A stretch of DNA of 64,000 nucleotides from Candidatus Eiseniibacteriota bacterium (GTDB taxonomy: Bacteria; Eisenbacteria; RBG-16-71-46; CAZAMP01), in the NCBI GenBank assembly GCA_965224245.1, contig OZ245046.1, positions 1,792,001 to 1,856,000 on the forward strand, written 5' to 3'. The notes under the pieces were generated by a model that did not search any database, had not been told where the DNA came from, and saw nothing but the letters and a program-made list of their open reading frames with translations. The position numbers and the translations under genes are program-made. This document shows, piece by piece, positions 46,331 through 55,824 of the stretch (position 1 is its first letter; every line of letters starts with the position of its first letter).

Positions 46331-47479
46331 TCAGTTCGGGACACCGGCGCCGATCAGATCGGCAGCCAGCGCGTGGGCTCCGTGTCGCCCGACGCGCCGA
46401 ATGCAGTCGGCTTCGATCAACGCGTGCAATTGCTCGCCGCTCGGACGCGGCGCGAGCGAAAACTCTCTTCGCAGGTCGTCGACGTCGAACAGCCCGCTGA
46501 CCCGCAGGAAGCGGACGAGCTCGTCGTCGGGAACGAGGTTCTGGCCCACCCCCACGCGCTCGGCGAGCCGATCGTAGCTGATCGGCAACACGTCCGAGGC
46601 CGGCCGGCCGGTCGCGTACTGATAGGCCGCCTGAGCGCTCGGCAAGTAGTCGAACGGTCCGAACGCCCGCAAGAGCGCGATGGCATGCTCGGCGCATGCC
46701 GCGGCACGCTCGGCGTTGCCCACGTCGGCCAGGGTCACCGACAGCGTGACCAGCGCGCGACCCAGCCGGATGCGATCGAATGCCTTGGTGAAGGCGCGCG
46801 CCACCGCCTCGATCTCCGCCCGTGCTCGCTCCAGTCGCCGCTCGCGTCGGAGGATCAGGGCGGTTGCCTCGCGCGCGTTGAGGTAGCCCGTGGTGTCGTG
46901 CAGCCGTACCGCGAGACGTCCCGACTCGGTCACGTGCTCGCGAGCCCGATCCAGGTCACCGCGCCGCTCGAAGACACCCGACAGGGCGAGGCTGGCCACG
47001 GCCCGGCGGTGATCGTCCGACTCGTCGTCGCGCACCTCGGTCAGCACGTCGATCGCGTCGTCGAACGCGCGTCGCGTCCGGTGGAGGCGCCCCAGCGAGA
47101 GCAGCACGTCGAGCCGCCGCTGGCCGGTGGCCGCCCTCCGTGCCCGCTCGAGACACTCCAGAGCGGCGCGGACGTGGTAGCGGCGTCCGTGTACGAACGC
47201 CCCGGTGAGGTAGTCGGCCATGATCGGATCGGGATCCGCGTCGAACAGCTCCAGCGCGTCCGTGTAACGTCCCGACAGCGCCCGGACGATGCCGAAGCGA
47301 CGCCGCACGTCGACCGACGGATGCTCGCCGCGGAGGTGCTGCCGGGCGGCCGTCACGAGGGCCGTGGACCAGGACCGTGGAAGCGGGGCGGCCGCGAACT
47401 CGGGCTGACGCGCCAGGGCGGAGCGCAGTCGACGGCGCTGGTGCGCGAGGTCGATGTAACGATAGACCTGCGGTTCCAT
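46331..47479 (-). CDS. TPR-like helical-repeat protein with possible C-terminal winged helix
   Basis: Repeats such as LGRLH...FDDAIDVL and LS.VF..RGDLDRA; C-terminal FDVDDLRREFSL...LHALIEADCIRRVG. Confidence 0.6.
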   Translation of the reverse strand: MEPQVYRYIDLAHQRRRLRSALARQPEFAAAPLPRSWSTALVTAARQHLRGEHPSVDVRRRFGIVRALSGRYTDALELFDADPDPIMADYLTGAFVHGRRYHVRAALECLERARRAATGQRRLDVLLSLGRLHRTRRAFDDAIDVLTEVRDDESDDHRRAVASLALSGVFERRGDLDRAREHVTESGRLAVRLHDTTGYLNAREATALILRRERRLERARAEIEAVARAFTKAFDRIRLGRALVTLSVTLADVGNAERAAACAEHAIALLRAFGPFDYLPSAQAAYQYATGRPASDVLPISYDRLAERVGVGQNLVPDDELVRFLRVSGLFDVDDLRREFSLAPRPSGEQLHALIEADCIRRVGRHGAHALAADLIGAGVPN

Positions 47480-47611
47480 TGCCCACCCACTCGACGAGAC
47501 GGCCGACCAGACGATTGTGCATTCCGATAGCGGGTTCGGATCCAGTTCCGGATGAGTCGGTCCCCGACGACTTCTACCAGATCGGAGCCTCGTCCGACAA
47601 GCTCTCCCGAC

Positions 47612-48130
47612 CTAGAAACCGATCAGCGACACCACGTCATACCCATCCAGCGCGCGCCTGCCCTCGAGAAAGCCCAGCTCGACCAGGAACGCCATCCCAC
47701 TCACCCGGCCGCCGGCCCGCTCGACGAGCCGAGCGGCCGCTCTGGCCGTCCCACCGGTGGCCAGAAGATCGTCCAGGATCACCACGCCCCCGGCGCTCTC
47801 GCATGCGTCGCGGTGAATCTCGAGCGTGTCTGTGCCGTACTCCAGCGCGTACTCCTCGGTGAGCGTCTCGGCCGGGAGCTTCCCCGGCTTGCGGATCGGG
47901 ATGAACCCCACCTCGCGGGTGGCGGTGACGTAGCCTCCGAGGATGAACCCGCGCGCCTCCACCGCGGCCACGTGCGAGACGCCTGTCCAGTCGATCAGCG
48001 CGTCCAGATCCTGCATCGCCCGGCGGAACACCGGCGGGTTGGCGAAGACGGGCGTCAGGTCCTTGAAGACGATGCCGGGCTTGGGGAAGTCCGGGACGTC
48101 ACGGATCACGTCGAGGATGGGATGCGTCAT
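47612..48130 (-). CDS. apt: Adenine phosphoribosyltransferase
   Basis: IRDVPDFPKPGIVFKD, EARGF, RKPGKLP, DDLLATGGT. Confidence 0.97.
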   Translation of the reverse strand: MTHPILDVIRDVPDFPKPGIVFKDLTPVFANPPVFRRAMQDLDALIDWTGVSHVAAVEARGFILGGYVTATREVGFIPIRKPGKLPAETLTEEYALEYGTDTLEIHRDACESAGGVVILDDLLATGGTARAAARLVERAGGRVSGMAFLVELGFLEGRRALDGYDVVSLIGF

Positions 48131-48188
48131 GGGAGTTCCCCCTGTCGACCGGCGCATGACGGCGATGCGCATGAGGTGCCGGAACGTG

Positions 48189-48461
48189 TCAGCGGATTCC
48201 GAACGACTCGAGATCGTGACGCGGATCCTGCCAGTCCACGAGCACGCTGTCGACCCGCGACGTGCGCGGCCCGCGACGAACCGCCTCGAGAAGCTGCTCG
48301 AGGAGCCCCTCGTCGCCCTCGGCGAGAACCTCCACCGATCCGTCCGCGCGGTTACGGACCCAGCCCGTGACGCCGGGCGGGGCCGAGCGCTCGGTGTGGA
48401 AGCGGAAACCCACTCCCTGAACGCGCCCTGAGACGCGGAGGTGAAGTCGCTTGTGAGCCAC
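48189..48461 (-). CDS. acyP: Acylphosphatase
   Basis: VSGRVQGVGFR, GWVRNRADGSVE. Confidence 0.93.
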   Translation of the reverse strand: MAHKRLHLRVSGRVQGVGFRFHTERSAPPGVTGWVRNRADGSVEVLAEGDEGLLEQLLEAVRRGPRTSRVDSVLVDWQDPRHDLESFGIR

Positions 48462-48593
48462 GCTCCGACCTCTCGACCTCGAACCGCCGTCGAGCTCACC
48501 GTGGCCGGATGCGCTGGAGCTCGGAGGGGGTGGGACGCACATCGGGGCGACGAGACCGTCTTCCGTCCGACGCGGTCGACCCGGCGGTGGGAA

Positions 48594-48671
48594 TGGTCGG
48601 GGCGAGTGGATTCGAACCACCGACCTCCTGCTCCCGAAGCAGGCGCGCTAACCAAACTGCGCTACGCCCCG
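48594..48671 (-). tRNA. tRNA-Pro(CGG)
   Basis: CGGGGCGTAGCGCAG...CCTGC-TTCGGGA-GCAGG...GGTTCGAATCC...CGCCCCGACCA. Confidence 0.97.
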
Positions 48672-48728
48672 TTCCTGATTGCGAGGCGGGAGCATTGCAC
48701 GGCGCCGGAAGACTCGTCAAGCCGGCAT

Positions 48729-49382
48729 CTACCCCGGGTCCCGCCAGCCGCCGCGGCCGCGCAGGGGCACGAACCGGCACTCGCTGAGATGCCGCTCGCG
48801 GAGAAAGCCGCCGTGATCCCGGTCGATGGCCAGGAGCGACTGCTCGTCCCGGCTTCCGAGTGGAATCACGAGCCTCGAGCCCGCATCGACGTAGGGCCAG
48901 GCCCAGTCCGGCACCGAGTGGGTCGCCGCGGTGACCAGGATCGCCGCGAAACGCGCACGTCCCCGACCGGATACGGCCCGGGCACCCGTCGACAGCACGG
49001 CGCCGGCCTCACCGGCGACGCCCTGGATCCACCGGCCCAGTCCCAGCTGCCGGCGCACCCGCGCGGCGTCTCGGGCCAGCTCGGGGTCCAGCTCGATCGT
49101 GGTGACCCGGACGCCGAGCGCGGCCAGCACCGCGGCCTGGTAGCCCGATCCGGTTCCGACCTCGAGCACGTGGTCGTCCTCGCCGACCTCCGCGGCCTCG
49201 GTCATCAGCGCGACGATGTACGGCTGGGAGATCGTCTGGCCGCGCGCGGTTGGCAGCGCGCGGTCTTCGTAGGCGCGATGGCGAAAGCGATCGGGCACGA
49301 AGCGCTGGCGAGGGACCTCGGCCATCGCGGTGAGGACGGCCTCGGACCCGATGCCGCGCCGGCGGAGCTGGTCGTCGATCAT
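48729..49382 (-). CDS. pcm: Protein-L-isoaspartate O-methyltransferase (start may lie at 49421 or 49436)
   Basis: VPRQRFV, AYEDRALP, GQTISQPYIVA, VLEVGTGSGYQAA, RFVPL. Confidence 0.92.
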   Translation of the reverse strand: MIDDQLRRRGIGSEAVLTAMAEVPRQRFVPDRFRHRAYEDRALPTARGQTISQPYIVALMTEAAEVGEDDHVLEVGTGSGYQAAVLAALGVRVTTIELDPELARDAARVRRQLGLGRWIQGVAGEAGAVLSTGARAVSGRGRARFAAILVTAATHSVPDWAWPYVDAGSRLVIPLGSRDEQSLLAIDRDHGGFLRERHLSECRFVPLRGRGGWRDPG

Positions 49383-49417
49383 CCGGGCGCGCTCGGCCCG
49401 ATGGCGATCGGGCTCTG

Positions 49418-50167
49418 TCAGTCGCCAAAGCTCCAAGAGGCCATGTCCTTGGCCAGCTCGGTGTGGGTCAGGTCCAGCGAGAGCGGCGTGATCGACGTGA
49501 ACCCGTCGTTGATCGCGGTGAAGTCGGAGCCCTCTTCGTGCTTCCACGTGGGCTTGTCCCCACCGATCCAGTAGTAGTCCTTGCCGCGCGGGTCCGTCCG
49601 GACCTCGAGCACGTCCTGGTACACGCGATGTCCGAGGTGCGTGATCCGGATGCCGCGATGCGTCTCCAGCGGAATGCTGGGCACGTTCACGTTCAGGAGC
49701 GCCCGCTCGGGGAGCCCGTGGTGCACGACGGCGTTCACGATCCACGGAATCACCGCATACGCGGTCTCGTAGTCGTGGGCATCGAACGTGGCCAGGCTCA
49801 CCGCCAGCGACGGCACGCCGAGGATGGCCCCCTCGAACGCGGCGCTGACGGTGCCCGAGTACGTGACGTCGTCACCCATGTTCGGTCCGTGGTTCATCCC
49901 GCTGATCACGAGATCGGGCCGCTCGTCGAGGAGCCCGTTGAACGCCGCGACCACGCAGTCGGTGGGCGTGCCGTCCACGCTGTAGCGATCGGGGCCCTCG
50001 GGCAGGATCCGGAGCGGGCGGCGCAGCGTCAGCGCGTGGCTGGCGGCGCTCTGCTCCCGATCGGGCGCCACGGTGATCAGGCGTCCGAGACCGGCCAGCG
50101 ATTCCGCGAGCGCCGCCAGGCCCGGCGCGTGAATCCCGTCGTCGTTGGTCAGGAGAATGATCGGCAC
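49418..50167 (-). CDS. surE: 5'/3'-nucleotidase SurE
   Basis: ILLTNDDGI, GTPTDCV, SGMNHGPN, YSGTV. Confidence 0.97.
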   Translation of the reverse strand: MPIILLTNDDGIHAPGLAALAESLAGLGRLITVAPDREQSAASHALTLRRPLRILPEGPDRYSVDGTPTDCVVAAFNGLLDERPDLVISGMNHGPNMGDDVTYSGTVSAAFEGAILGVPSLAVSLATFDAHDYETAYAVIPWIVNAVVHHGLPERALLNVNVPSIPLETHRGIRITHLGHRVYQDVLEVRTDPRGKDYYWIGGDKPTWKHEEGSDFTAINDGFTSITPLSLDLTHTELAKDMASWSFGD

Positions 50168-50231
50168 GGCTCGTCACCCTCGATTGCAGTGCGTGGAGAA
50201 GGTGCGTGCCCGCGCACGGCGAAGGGAAGAG

Positions 50232-50308
50232 TGGTCGGGGCGACTGGATTCGAACCAGCGACCACCTGGACCCCATCCAGGTGCGCTACCAGACTGCGCT
50301 ACGCCCCG
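50232..50308 (-). tRNA. tRNA-Pro(GGG)
   Basis: CGGGGCGTAGCGCAG...CCTGG-ATGGGGT-CCAGG...GGTTCGAATCC...CGCCCCGACCA. Confidence 0.97.
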
Positions 50309-50530
50309 ACCGCAATGCAGGGGTCTTCGGTCGCGTCCGTGGTGCACGGCACCGCAATCGCGACCGCCGAATGCTACGGTGGCGCTGCGGGTCCCTCAAG
50401 TGAAATCGCGTCGGCCACCTCGGATCAGGGGAAGTGACCGCCGTTGCTGGCGCTCGCGGCCGGGGTCTCACGTCACACGTGATGCGATCTCCCCCGGGAA
50501 GCGCCCTTCCCCCTGGCGTGTCGGGGCGTG

Positions 50531-51109
50531 TCAGGCCGCTCCGGGCGTCGACTCCAGCATCGCCAGGAGGGACTCCAGCTCCCGGCGCACCTCGCTGACG
50601 GCCGACACACGCTCGGCATCCGCGAACGTGAGCTGTCCCGGATCGACGTCGCTCTCGCCGTCCGAGGCGTCTCGGTCCGGGGCGTCATCGCCGGCTCCGT
50701 CTCGACCGGCACCGGCGGCGGGGGCCCCATCCGCGCGGGCGGCGGCCGATCGGCCGCGCGGGCGGCGCGCCGCCGTGGCGGGCGAGCTCACAGCACCCGG
50801 TCGCGCCGGGGTCGACGGGGCGACCACCGCCTCGGAGTCGACGAGCTGCCCGTCGACGAGGATCCCCACACGACGGGCATCCAGGAGCTTTCGCCGGGCG
50901 CCCGCGATCGTGTAGCCGTGGCGGTACAGGAGATCGCGAATGGTCAGCACGAGGTTCATGTCCCGGGTGCGATACTGGCGGTTCCCCGCGCGGTTCTTCT
51001 TCGGGCGAAGCATCTTGAACTGCGTCTCCCAGTAGCGGAGGACGTGGGGCTTCACGTCGGCGGCATCGGAGACCTCGCTGATCGAGTAGTAGAGCTTTCC
51101 ATCCGTCAT
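50531..51109 (-). CDS. MerR-family HTH regulator
   Basis: KLYYSISEVS...PHVLRYWETQF..LRPKKNRAGNRQY; the merR-tRNA-Pro-surE context is common. Confidence 0.92.
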   Translation of the reverse strand: MTDGKLYYSISEVSDAADVKPHVLRYWETQFKMLRPKKNRAGNRQYRTRDMNLVLTIRDLLYRHGYTIAGARRKLLDARRVGILVDGQLVDSEAVVAPSTPARPGAVSSPATAARRPRGRSAAARADGAPAAGAGRDGAGDDAPDRDASDGESDVDPGQLTFADAERVSAVSEVRRELESLLAMLESTPGAA

Positions 51110-51180
51110 CGACGCCTCTCCTTCTCCATCAGGCTCTCGCCGTCGGGACTCGTTCGTCACCCGCGGAGCTCGGCTCTGTG

Positions 51181-52188
51181 CTACCAGACCTCCGCGCGCG
51201 GCTTTCGCAGCATCAGGTCGCGGATCGTGGTTCTCGGGTCCTTGCCCTCGAACAGGATCCGGTGGATCTCGGTCGAGATCGGCATCTCGACCCGGTGACG
51301 AAGCGCCAGCTCCTTGATCGCCTTCGCCGTGGACACGCCTTCGGCGACCATGATCATCTCGGCCTGGATGTCCTCCAGCGTGCGTCCGTGCGCCAGCTCG
51401 ACACCGACCGTGTGGTTCCGGCTCTGCTCGCTCGAGCACGTCGTGACCAAATCGCCCAGCCCCGCCAGACCCGCGAACGTCTCGCGACGTCCCCCCATCG
51501 CGCTGGCCATGCGGATGATCTCAGCGAGCCCTCGGGTGATCAGGGCTCCCCTCGTGTTGTCCCCGTAGCCGAGCCCGTCGGAGATCCCGACCGCTATGGC
51601 GATCGTGTTCTTCAGCGCGGCCCCCAGCTCCACGCCGACGACGTCGCTGTTCGTGTACACCCGGAACGTCTCGTTCATCAGCACCGACTGCGCGCGGCGG
51701 GCGGTCTCCTCGTGCGTGCTGGCCGCCACGACGGTGGTCGGCATGCCGAGCGCGACCTCGCGGGCCAGGCTGGGACCGCACACCGTACCCACGTTGCGCT
51801 CGGCGCCATCGGGAAGCTCGTCGGCGATGACCTCGGTCATGCGCATCAGGGTCGACAGCTCGATGCCCTTGGCCAGCGAGATGTGAATGGCGTCCCCGCG
51901 ACTGGAGCCCGAGACACCGCGCGCCACCTCGCGCATCGACTGCGATGGGATCGCATAGAAGATGGTGTCCACGTCGGCCAGCGCATGCGCGAGCGTGGAC
52001 GTCGGCGCGACGCCGTCGGGCAGCGTGATCCCCGGGAGGAAGGTCCGGTTCTCGCCGAGGATCCGGATCTCCTCGATGACCCGTGGGTTCCGGCCCCACA
52101 GCCGCACGGCCCGTCCTTCACGTGCCAGCATCACGGCGATCGTCGTGCCCCAGTTGCCGGCCCCGAGGACGCAGACGGGTAATGACAT
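51181..52188 (-). CDS. gpsA: NAD(P)H-dependent glycerol-3-phosphate dehydrogenase
   Basis: GAGNWGT, KGIE, GVELGAALKN, GLGDLVTTC, SRN. Confidence 0.97.
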   Translation of the reverse strand: MSLPVCVLGAGNWGTTIAVMLAREGRAVRLWGRNPRVIEEIRILGENRTFLPGITLPDGVAPTSTLAHALADVDTIFYAIPSQSMREVARGVSGSSRGDAIHISLAKGIELSTLMRMTEVIADELPDGAERNVGTVCGPSLAREVALGMPTTVVAASTHEETARRAQSVLMNETFRVYTNSDVVGVELGAALKNTIAIAVGISDGLGYGDNTRGALITRGLAEIIRMASAMGGRRETFAGLAGLGDLVTTCSSEQSRNHTVGVELAHGRTLEDIQAEMIMVAEGVSTAKAIKELALRHRVEMPISTEIHRILFEGKDPRTTIRDLMLRKPRAEVW

Positions 52189-52189
52189 G

Positions 52190-52819
52190 TCAGCTTCGCT
52201 TGAAGGAGAATCGACGTTCCTCACCGCGGCGCAGTTTACGCAGATTGGATCGGTGGCGCAACACGATTGCCAGCGCAATCACCCACGTGACAACGATTAA
52301 CGCTACGCGTGCGGAGCGGGGGGGGAACACCCACGTGGTGAGGACCGGAATGGTGGTCGCGCCCAGCATCGACGCCACCGACATGTAGCGCAACGAGAGG
52401 AGCACGACCACGAACACCGCCAGCCCGCCCAGCGCGGCGCTCGTCACCAGGAACAGAAGCACGCCGCCGCCGGTCGCCACGCCCTTGCCGCCGCGGAAGC
52501 CGAAGAACAGCGGCCAGGTGTGACCCACCACCGCGCCGATGCCGCCCGCCATGCCCAGGTGCAACGGATCCACGCCGGCCAGCGGCGCAACCACCCAGCG
52601 CCCGAGCGCCACGGCCGCACTCCCCTTCAGCATGTCCCCGACCAGGACCGGCACCGCCGCCCGCATGCCCAGCGAGCGGTTGACGTTCGTGAAGCCCGGG
52701 TTGCCGCTGCCCACGTCGTGAATCGAGAGCCCGTGCAGGCGCGCCACGACGACGGCGCACATGATGCTTCCGAGGAGGTATCCGGCCACCAGTGTCACGG
52801 TGACCGACAGAGCCGTCAT
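52190..52819 (-). CDS. plsY: Glycerol-3-phosphate acyltransferase PlsY
   Basis: YLLGSI, GSGNPGFTN, DMLKG, GH.WP.F..FRGGKGVAT, RHRSN. Confidence 0.96.
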   Translation of the reverse strand: MTALSVTVTLVAGYLLGSIMCAVVVARLHGLSIHDVGSGNPGFTNVNRSLGMRAAVPVLVGDMLKGSAAVALGRWVVAPLAGVDPLHLGMAGGIGAVVGHTWPLFFGFRGGKGVATGGGVLLFLVTSAALGGLAVFVVVLLSLRYMSVASMLGATTIPVLTTWVFPPRSARVALIVVTWVIALAIVLRHRSNLRKLRRGEERRFSFKRS

Positions 52820-52985
52820 CGTGATCCCTCACGGTTCAGAGTCCGTTCACTCGGACTCGCGTACCATACTCCACGTGACGTCCGGTGAAGTCAAACCGTC
52901 ACCCGTGCGGTGCCGCGCCATGGCCGAACGATCGGTCGCCGGGATCGGACGCGTCGCGGCGAGACCGGCGCCGATCCCTCCGACG

Positions 52986-54305
52986 TCACTTCCGTCGATA
53001 GAGCACGCGGAGCGGCGTCCCGAAGTAGCCGAAGCTCTCGCGGAGGCGGTTCTTGACGTAGCGCCGGTAGTTGTCCTCGACCATGTTCGGCTTGTTGCAG
53101 TACACGATGAACGTGGGAGGCGCCACGCCGACCTGTCGCATGCCCCAGAACCGCATCATGGCGCCCTTGGTGTACGGGTGCGACTTGGCGGCGGTGACGC
53201 GATCGATGAATGCGTCGAGATCCGCGGCGCTCTGCTCGGCCCGGGCGGCCCGGTAGACGTCGTCGATGCGCTCCATGACCCGCGAGACGCGCTGGGTCGT
53301 CCTGGCGGACAGGAACTCCGAGGGCGCGTGATCGAAGTCGGGCACGTGGCGGGCCGCCTCGCGTACGATGTCGCGCGAGGTCAGCGTCTCCTTGCTCTCG
53401 ACGACGTCCCACTTGTTGAAGACGAAGAGTACCGGACGCCCCGACTCGAAGGGCATCGCCGCGATGCGGAAGTCCTGCCGGCTCAGGGGCTCGGTGGCAT
53501 CGAACACGACCACCGCCACGTCTGCCCGCTCCAGCGATCGCGTGGTCCGGATCGACGAGAAGTACTCGGCGCCGCGCGTCGTCTTCGTGCGCCGGTGGAG
53601 CCCCGCGGTGTCGATCAGCGTGTAGTCGCGTCCCTCGTAGCGGAAGTCGGTGTCGATCGCGTCGCGCGTGGTGCCGGGGATCTCGCTGACGATCATGCGC
53701 TCGCGCTGGAGCATCGCGTTCACGAGGGAGGACTTGCCCACGTTGGGCCGTCCGATCACGGCGATGGCGATCCGGCCGTCGGTGTCGGCGGTCTCGCCGG
53801 GGGGCATGTCGGCGGTGATCTCGTCCAGGAGGTCGGCCACACCGCGTCCCTCGAGCCCGGACACGAGGTGAAGATCGCCGACGCCCAGCTCGGCGAACTC
53901 GTGCCCGGCGGCCTCCAGCGGCTCCGCGTCGATCTTCGTGACCACCAGCGTCACGTCCGCGCCCCGGCGGCGCAGTAGGTCGGCCACGTCGTGGTCGTCG
54001 GCCACGGGCCCCTCTCGCCCGTCCACGACGAACAGCACGCGGCGGCTCTCGCCGAGCGCCATCTCGACCTGCTCGCGGATGCGCTCCTCGATGATCCCCT
54101 CGGCGGCCAGGAGGAGCCCGCCCGTGTCGACGAGCATGAAGGGCTTCCCTTCCCACTCGGTCACGGCCATGTGGCGATCCCGGGTCACGCCGGGCGCGTC
54201 GTCGACCACGGCCTGGCGCCGGCGCAGGATGCGGTTGAAGAGCGTGGACTTCCCGACGTTGGGACGGCCCACGATGCTGACGATGGGCAGGCTGGCGCGA
54301 CTCAT
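52986..54305 (-). CDS. der: Ribosome biogenesis GTPase Der (EngA)
   Basis: Two G domains (GRPNVGKS twice; DTGG, DTAG) and a KH-like C-terminus. Confidence 0.98.
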   Translation of the reverse strand: MSRASLPIVSIVGRPNVGKSTLFNRILRRRQAVVDDAPGVTRDRHMAVTEWEGKPFMLVDTGGLLLAAEGIIEERIREQVEMALGESRRVLFVVDGREGPVADDHDVADLLRRRGADVTLVVTKIDAEPLEAAGHEFAELGVGDLHLVSGLEGRGVADLLDEITADMPPGETADTDGRIAIAVIGRPNVGKSSLVNAMLQRERMIVSEIPGTTRDAIDTDFRYEGRDYTLIDTAGLHRRTKTTRGAEYFSSIRTTRSLERADVAVVVFDATEPLSRQDFRIAAMPFESGRPVLFVFNKWDVVESKETLTSRDIVREAARHVPDFDHAPSEFLSARTTQRVSRVMERIDDVYRAARAEQSAADLDAFIDRVTAAKSHPYTKGAMMRFWGMRQVGVAPPTFIVYCNKPNMVEDNYRRYVKNRLRESFGYFGTPLRVLYRRK

Positions 54306-54458
54306 GGCGCGGGAGTCTACGGCAAAGCGGCGGGACGCGCCACGCGATCGATGACGGGGACCCCGACGCCGCGTCTCTGGTGAGACCGGCGTTGCCCGAC
54401 CGGCGCACCATCAGGCATTAAGGCACTCCCGGCCCCGGATTCATCGACGAGGTTCTCG

Positions 54459-54914
54459 ATGACGCTCGCCCGTCTCCGCTCGACCGTCCTCACGCTCGCG
54501 GCAGCGGCCGTGATTCCCCTCGCCGGGTGCGACGAGGACGAGTCTCCCACCGGACCCAGCGGTAACGGCGCAACCCGTTCCCGGCACACGTGGCCGCCCA
54601 GCTGGCCAGGGCCTACCGGACATCGCAGCCCCGCAGGCGACGACGGCCACGAGGCGGGAGACGCCGACGTCTACGCCGCGCTCGTCCACGAGGGATACAC
54701 GTTCCAGCCGTCGGAGGACGGTGGACCGGTGTCGCCGCTTCGGCTCGGCGTACACGGCAGCCCCGCGGTGTTCATCTTCGAGCCGGTGACGTCGGGCGTC
54801 ACCACGCTCTACCGGATCGTGTATCAGCAGGATCTCTACACGCGCGAGGTCCCGGCCGCCCGGTCGAGCGGCGTGGAGACGAGCTGGTCGGAGCTGAAGA
54901 GCCTCTGGAACTGA
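54459..54914 (+). CDS. Hypothetical lipoprotein with SWxxxKxxW C-terminal tail
   Basis: Lipobox LAGC; C-terminus VETSWSELKSLWN. Confidence 0.7.
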   Translation: MTLARLRSTVLTLAAAAVIPLAGCDEDESPTGPSGNGATRSRHTWPPSWPGPTGHRSPAGDDGHEAGDADVYAALVHEGYTFQPSEDGGPVSPLRLGVHGSPAVFIFEPVTSGVTTLYRIVYQQDLYTREVPAARSSGVETSWSELKSLWN

Positions 54915-55372
54915 GCGCACGGGCCACCGGGCGGTCCGTGCGCTTCCGCTCAGGAGGCCGCCGCACGCGCGACGCGACGCCGGCTGCACCGCACCGCACG
55001 GGTCCGCGGGGCCGGCGGACGTGACGAGATCCCGGGCGAAATGCCTCACGTCCAGGTTTCTCCCACCGAGAGGGTCGAGCACGGCCACCTGCCGTCGCGG
55101 GCGCCGAGTGCGCTCGCGCGCGATCGGCGCACGTGAGCCCGCCCGCGACGCGTTCCCGCCGGTTACCGCGCGTCCGGACCCGCGTACCCCCCCAGGTGCC
55201 GACATCGGCTCGGAACCACCACCGAACCGGACGGAGATTTGCCTCACCGAAGTCCGGAGGCGGCCGACCGCCACTCGCGATCGCGGCGTGCCTCCCCTGC
55301 CGTCGCTCCGAGGCTCCCGGAGACGGCGGCTCGGTTCCCGCCGGCCATGGTGGAGCGGATACGGAGGGCGCC

Positions 55373-55546
55373 ATGAAGGGCCTGAAGCTGACCCTCGCGA
55401 TCGCGGCGACCGCGATCACCCTCGGATGCGGTCGCGACGTGACCGCGCCCGACACCACGACGCAGACGACGATCGACGAGCCGCACGCGCTCGGCACCGA
55501 CTGGGTCATCGACGAGATGACCGGGGAGTGGATCCAGCTCAACTGA
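55373..55546 (+). CDS. Small lipoprotein (57 aa)
   Basis: GGAGGG RBS; MKGLKLTLAIAATAITLGC lipoprotein signal; hairpin downstream. Confidence 0.7.
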   Translation: MKGLKLTLAIAATAITLGCGRDVTAPDTTTQTTIDEPHALGTDWVIDEMTGEWIQLN

Positions 55547-55646
55547 GAGACGCGCCTTCGCGGGGGCGTGCGTTGCCGGGCTACCTGACCGCGTCGGGAC
55601 ACACTCCATCGATGGGGTCGCTGCCGACGTGAGACATGGAGGGAAG

Positions 55647-55722
55647 TGGAGCGGGCAACGGGGGTCGAACCCGCGACTTTCAGCTTGGGAAGCTGACACT
55701 CTACCAACTGAGTTATGCCCGC
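55647..55722 (-). tRNA. tRNA-Gly(CCC)
   Basis: GCGGGCATAACTCAG...TCAGC-TTCCCAA-GCTGA...GGTTCGACCCC...GCCCGCTCCA. Confidence 0.97.
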
Positions 55723-55824
55723 TCACGATGGCTAGAGGCGAGGATGATACCTGGCGCACCGGGCGCGTCAAGTCCACCGGGCGGCCGGACCGGGCGGCCC
55801 TGCGCCCGACGGGCGCGACGGCCG

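Noticed and set aside
54306-55646. Integrated element at tRNA-Gly
   Set aside because: No integrase; the only echo of the tRNA 3' end is an 8-bp TGGAGCGG near 55351, too short to call an att site.
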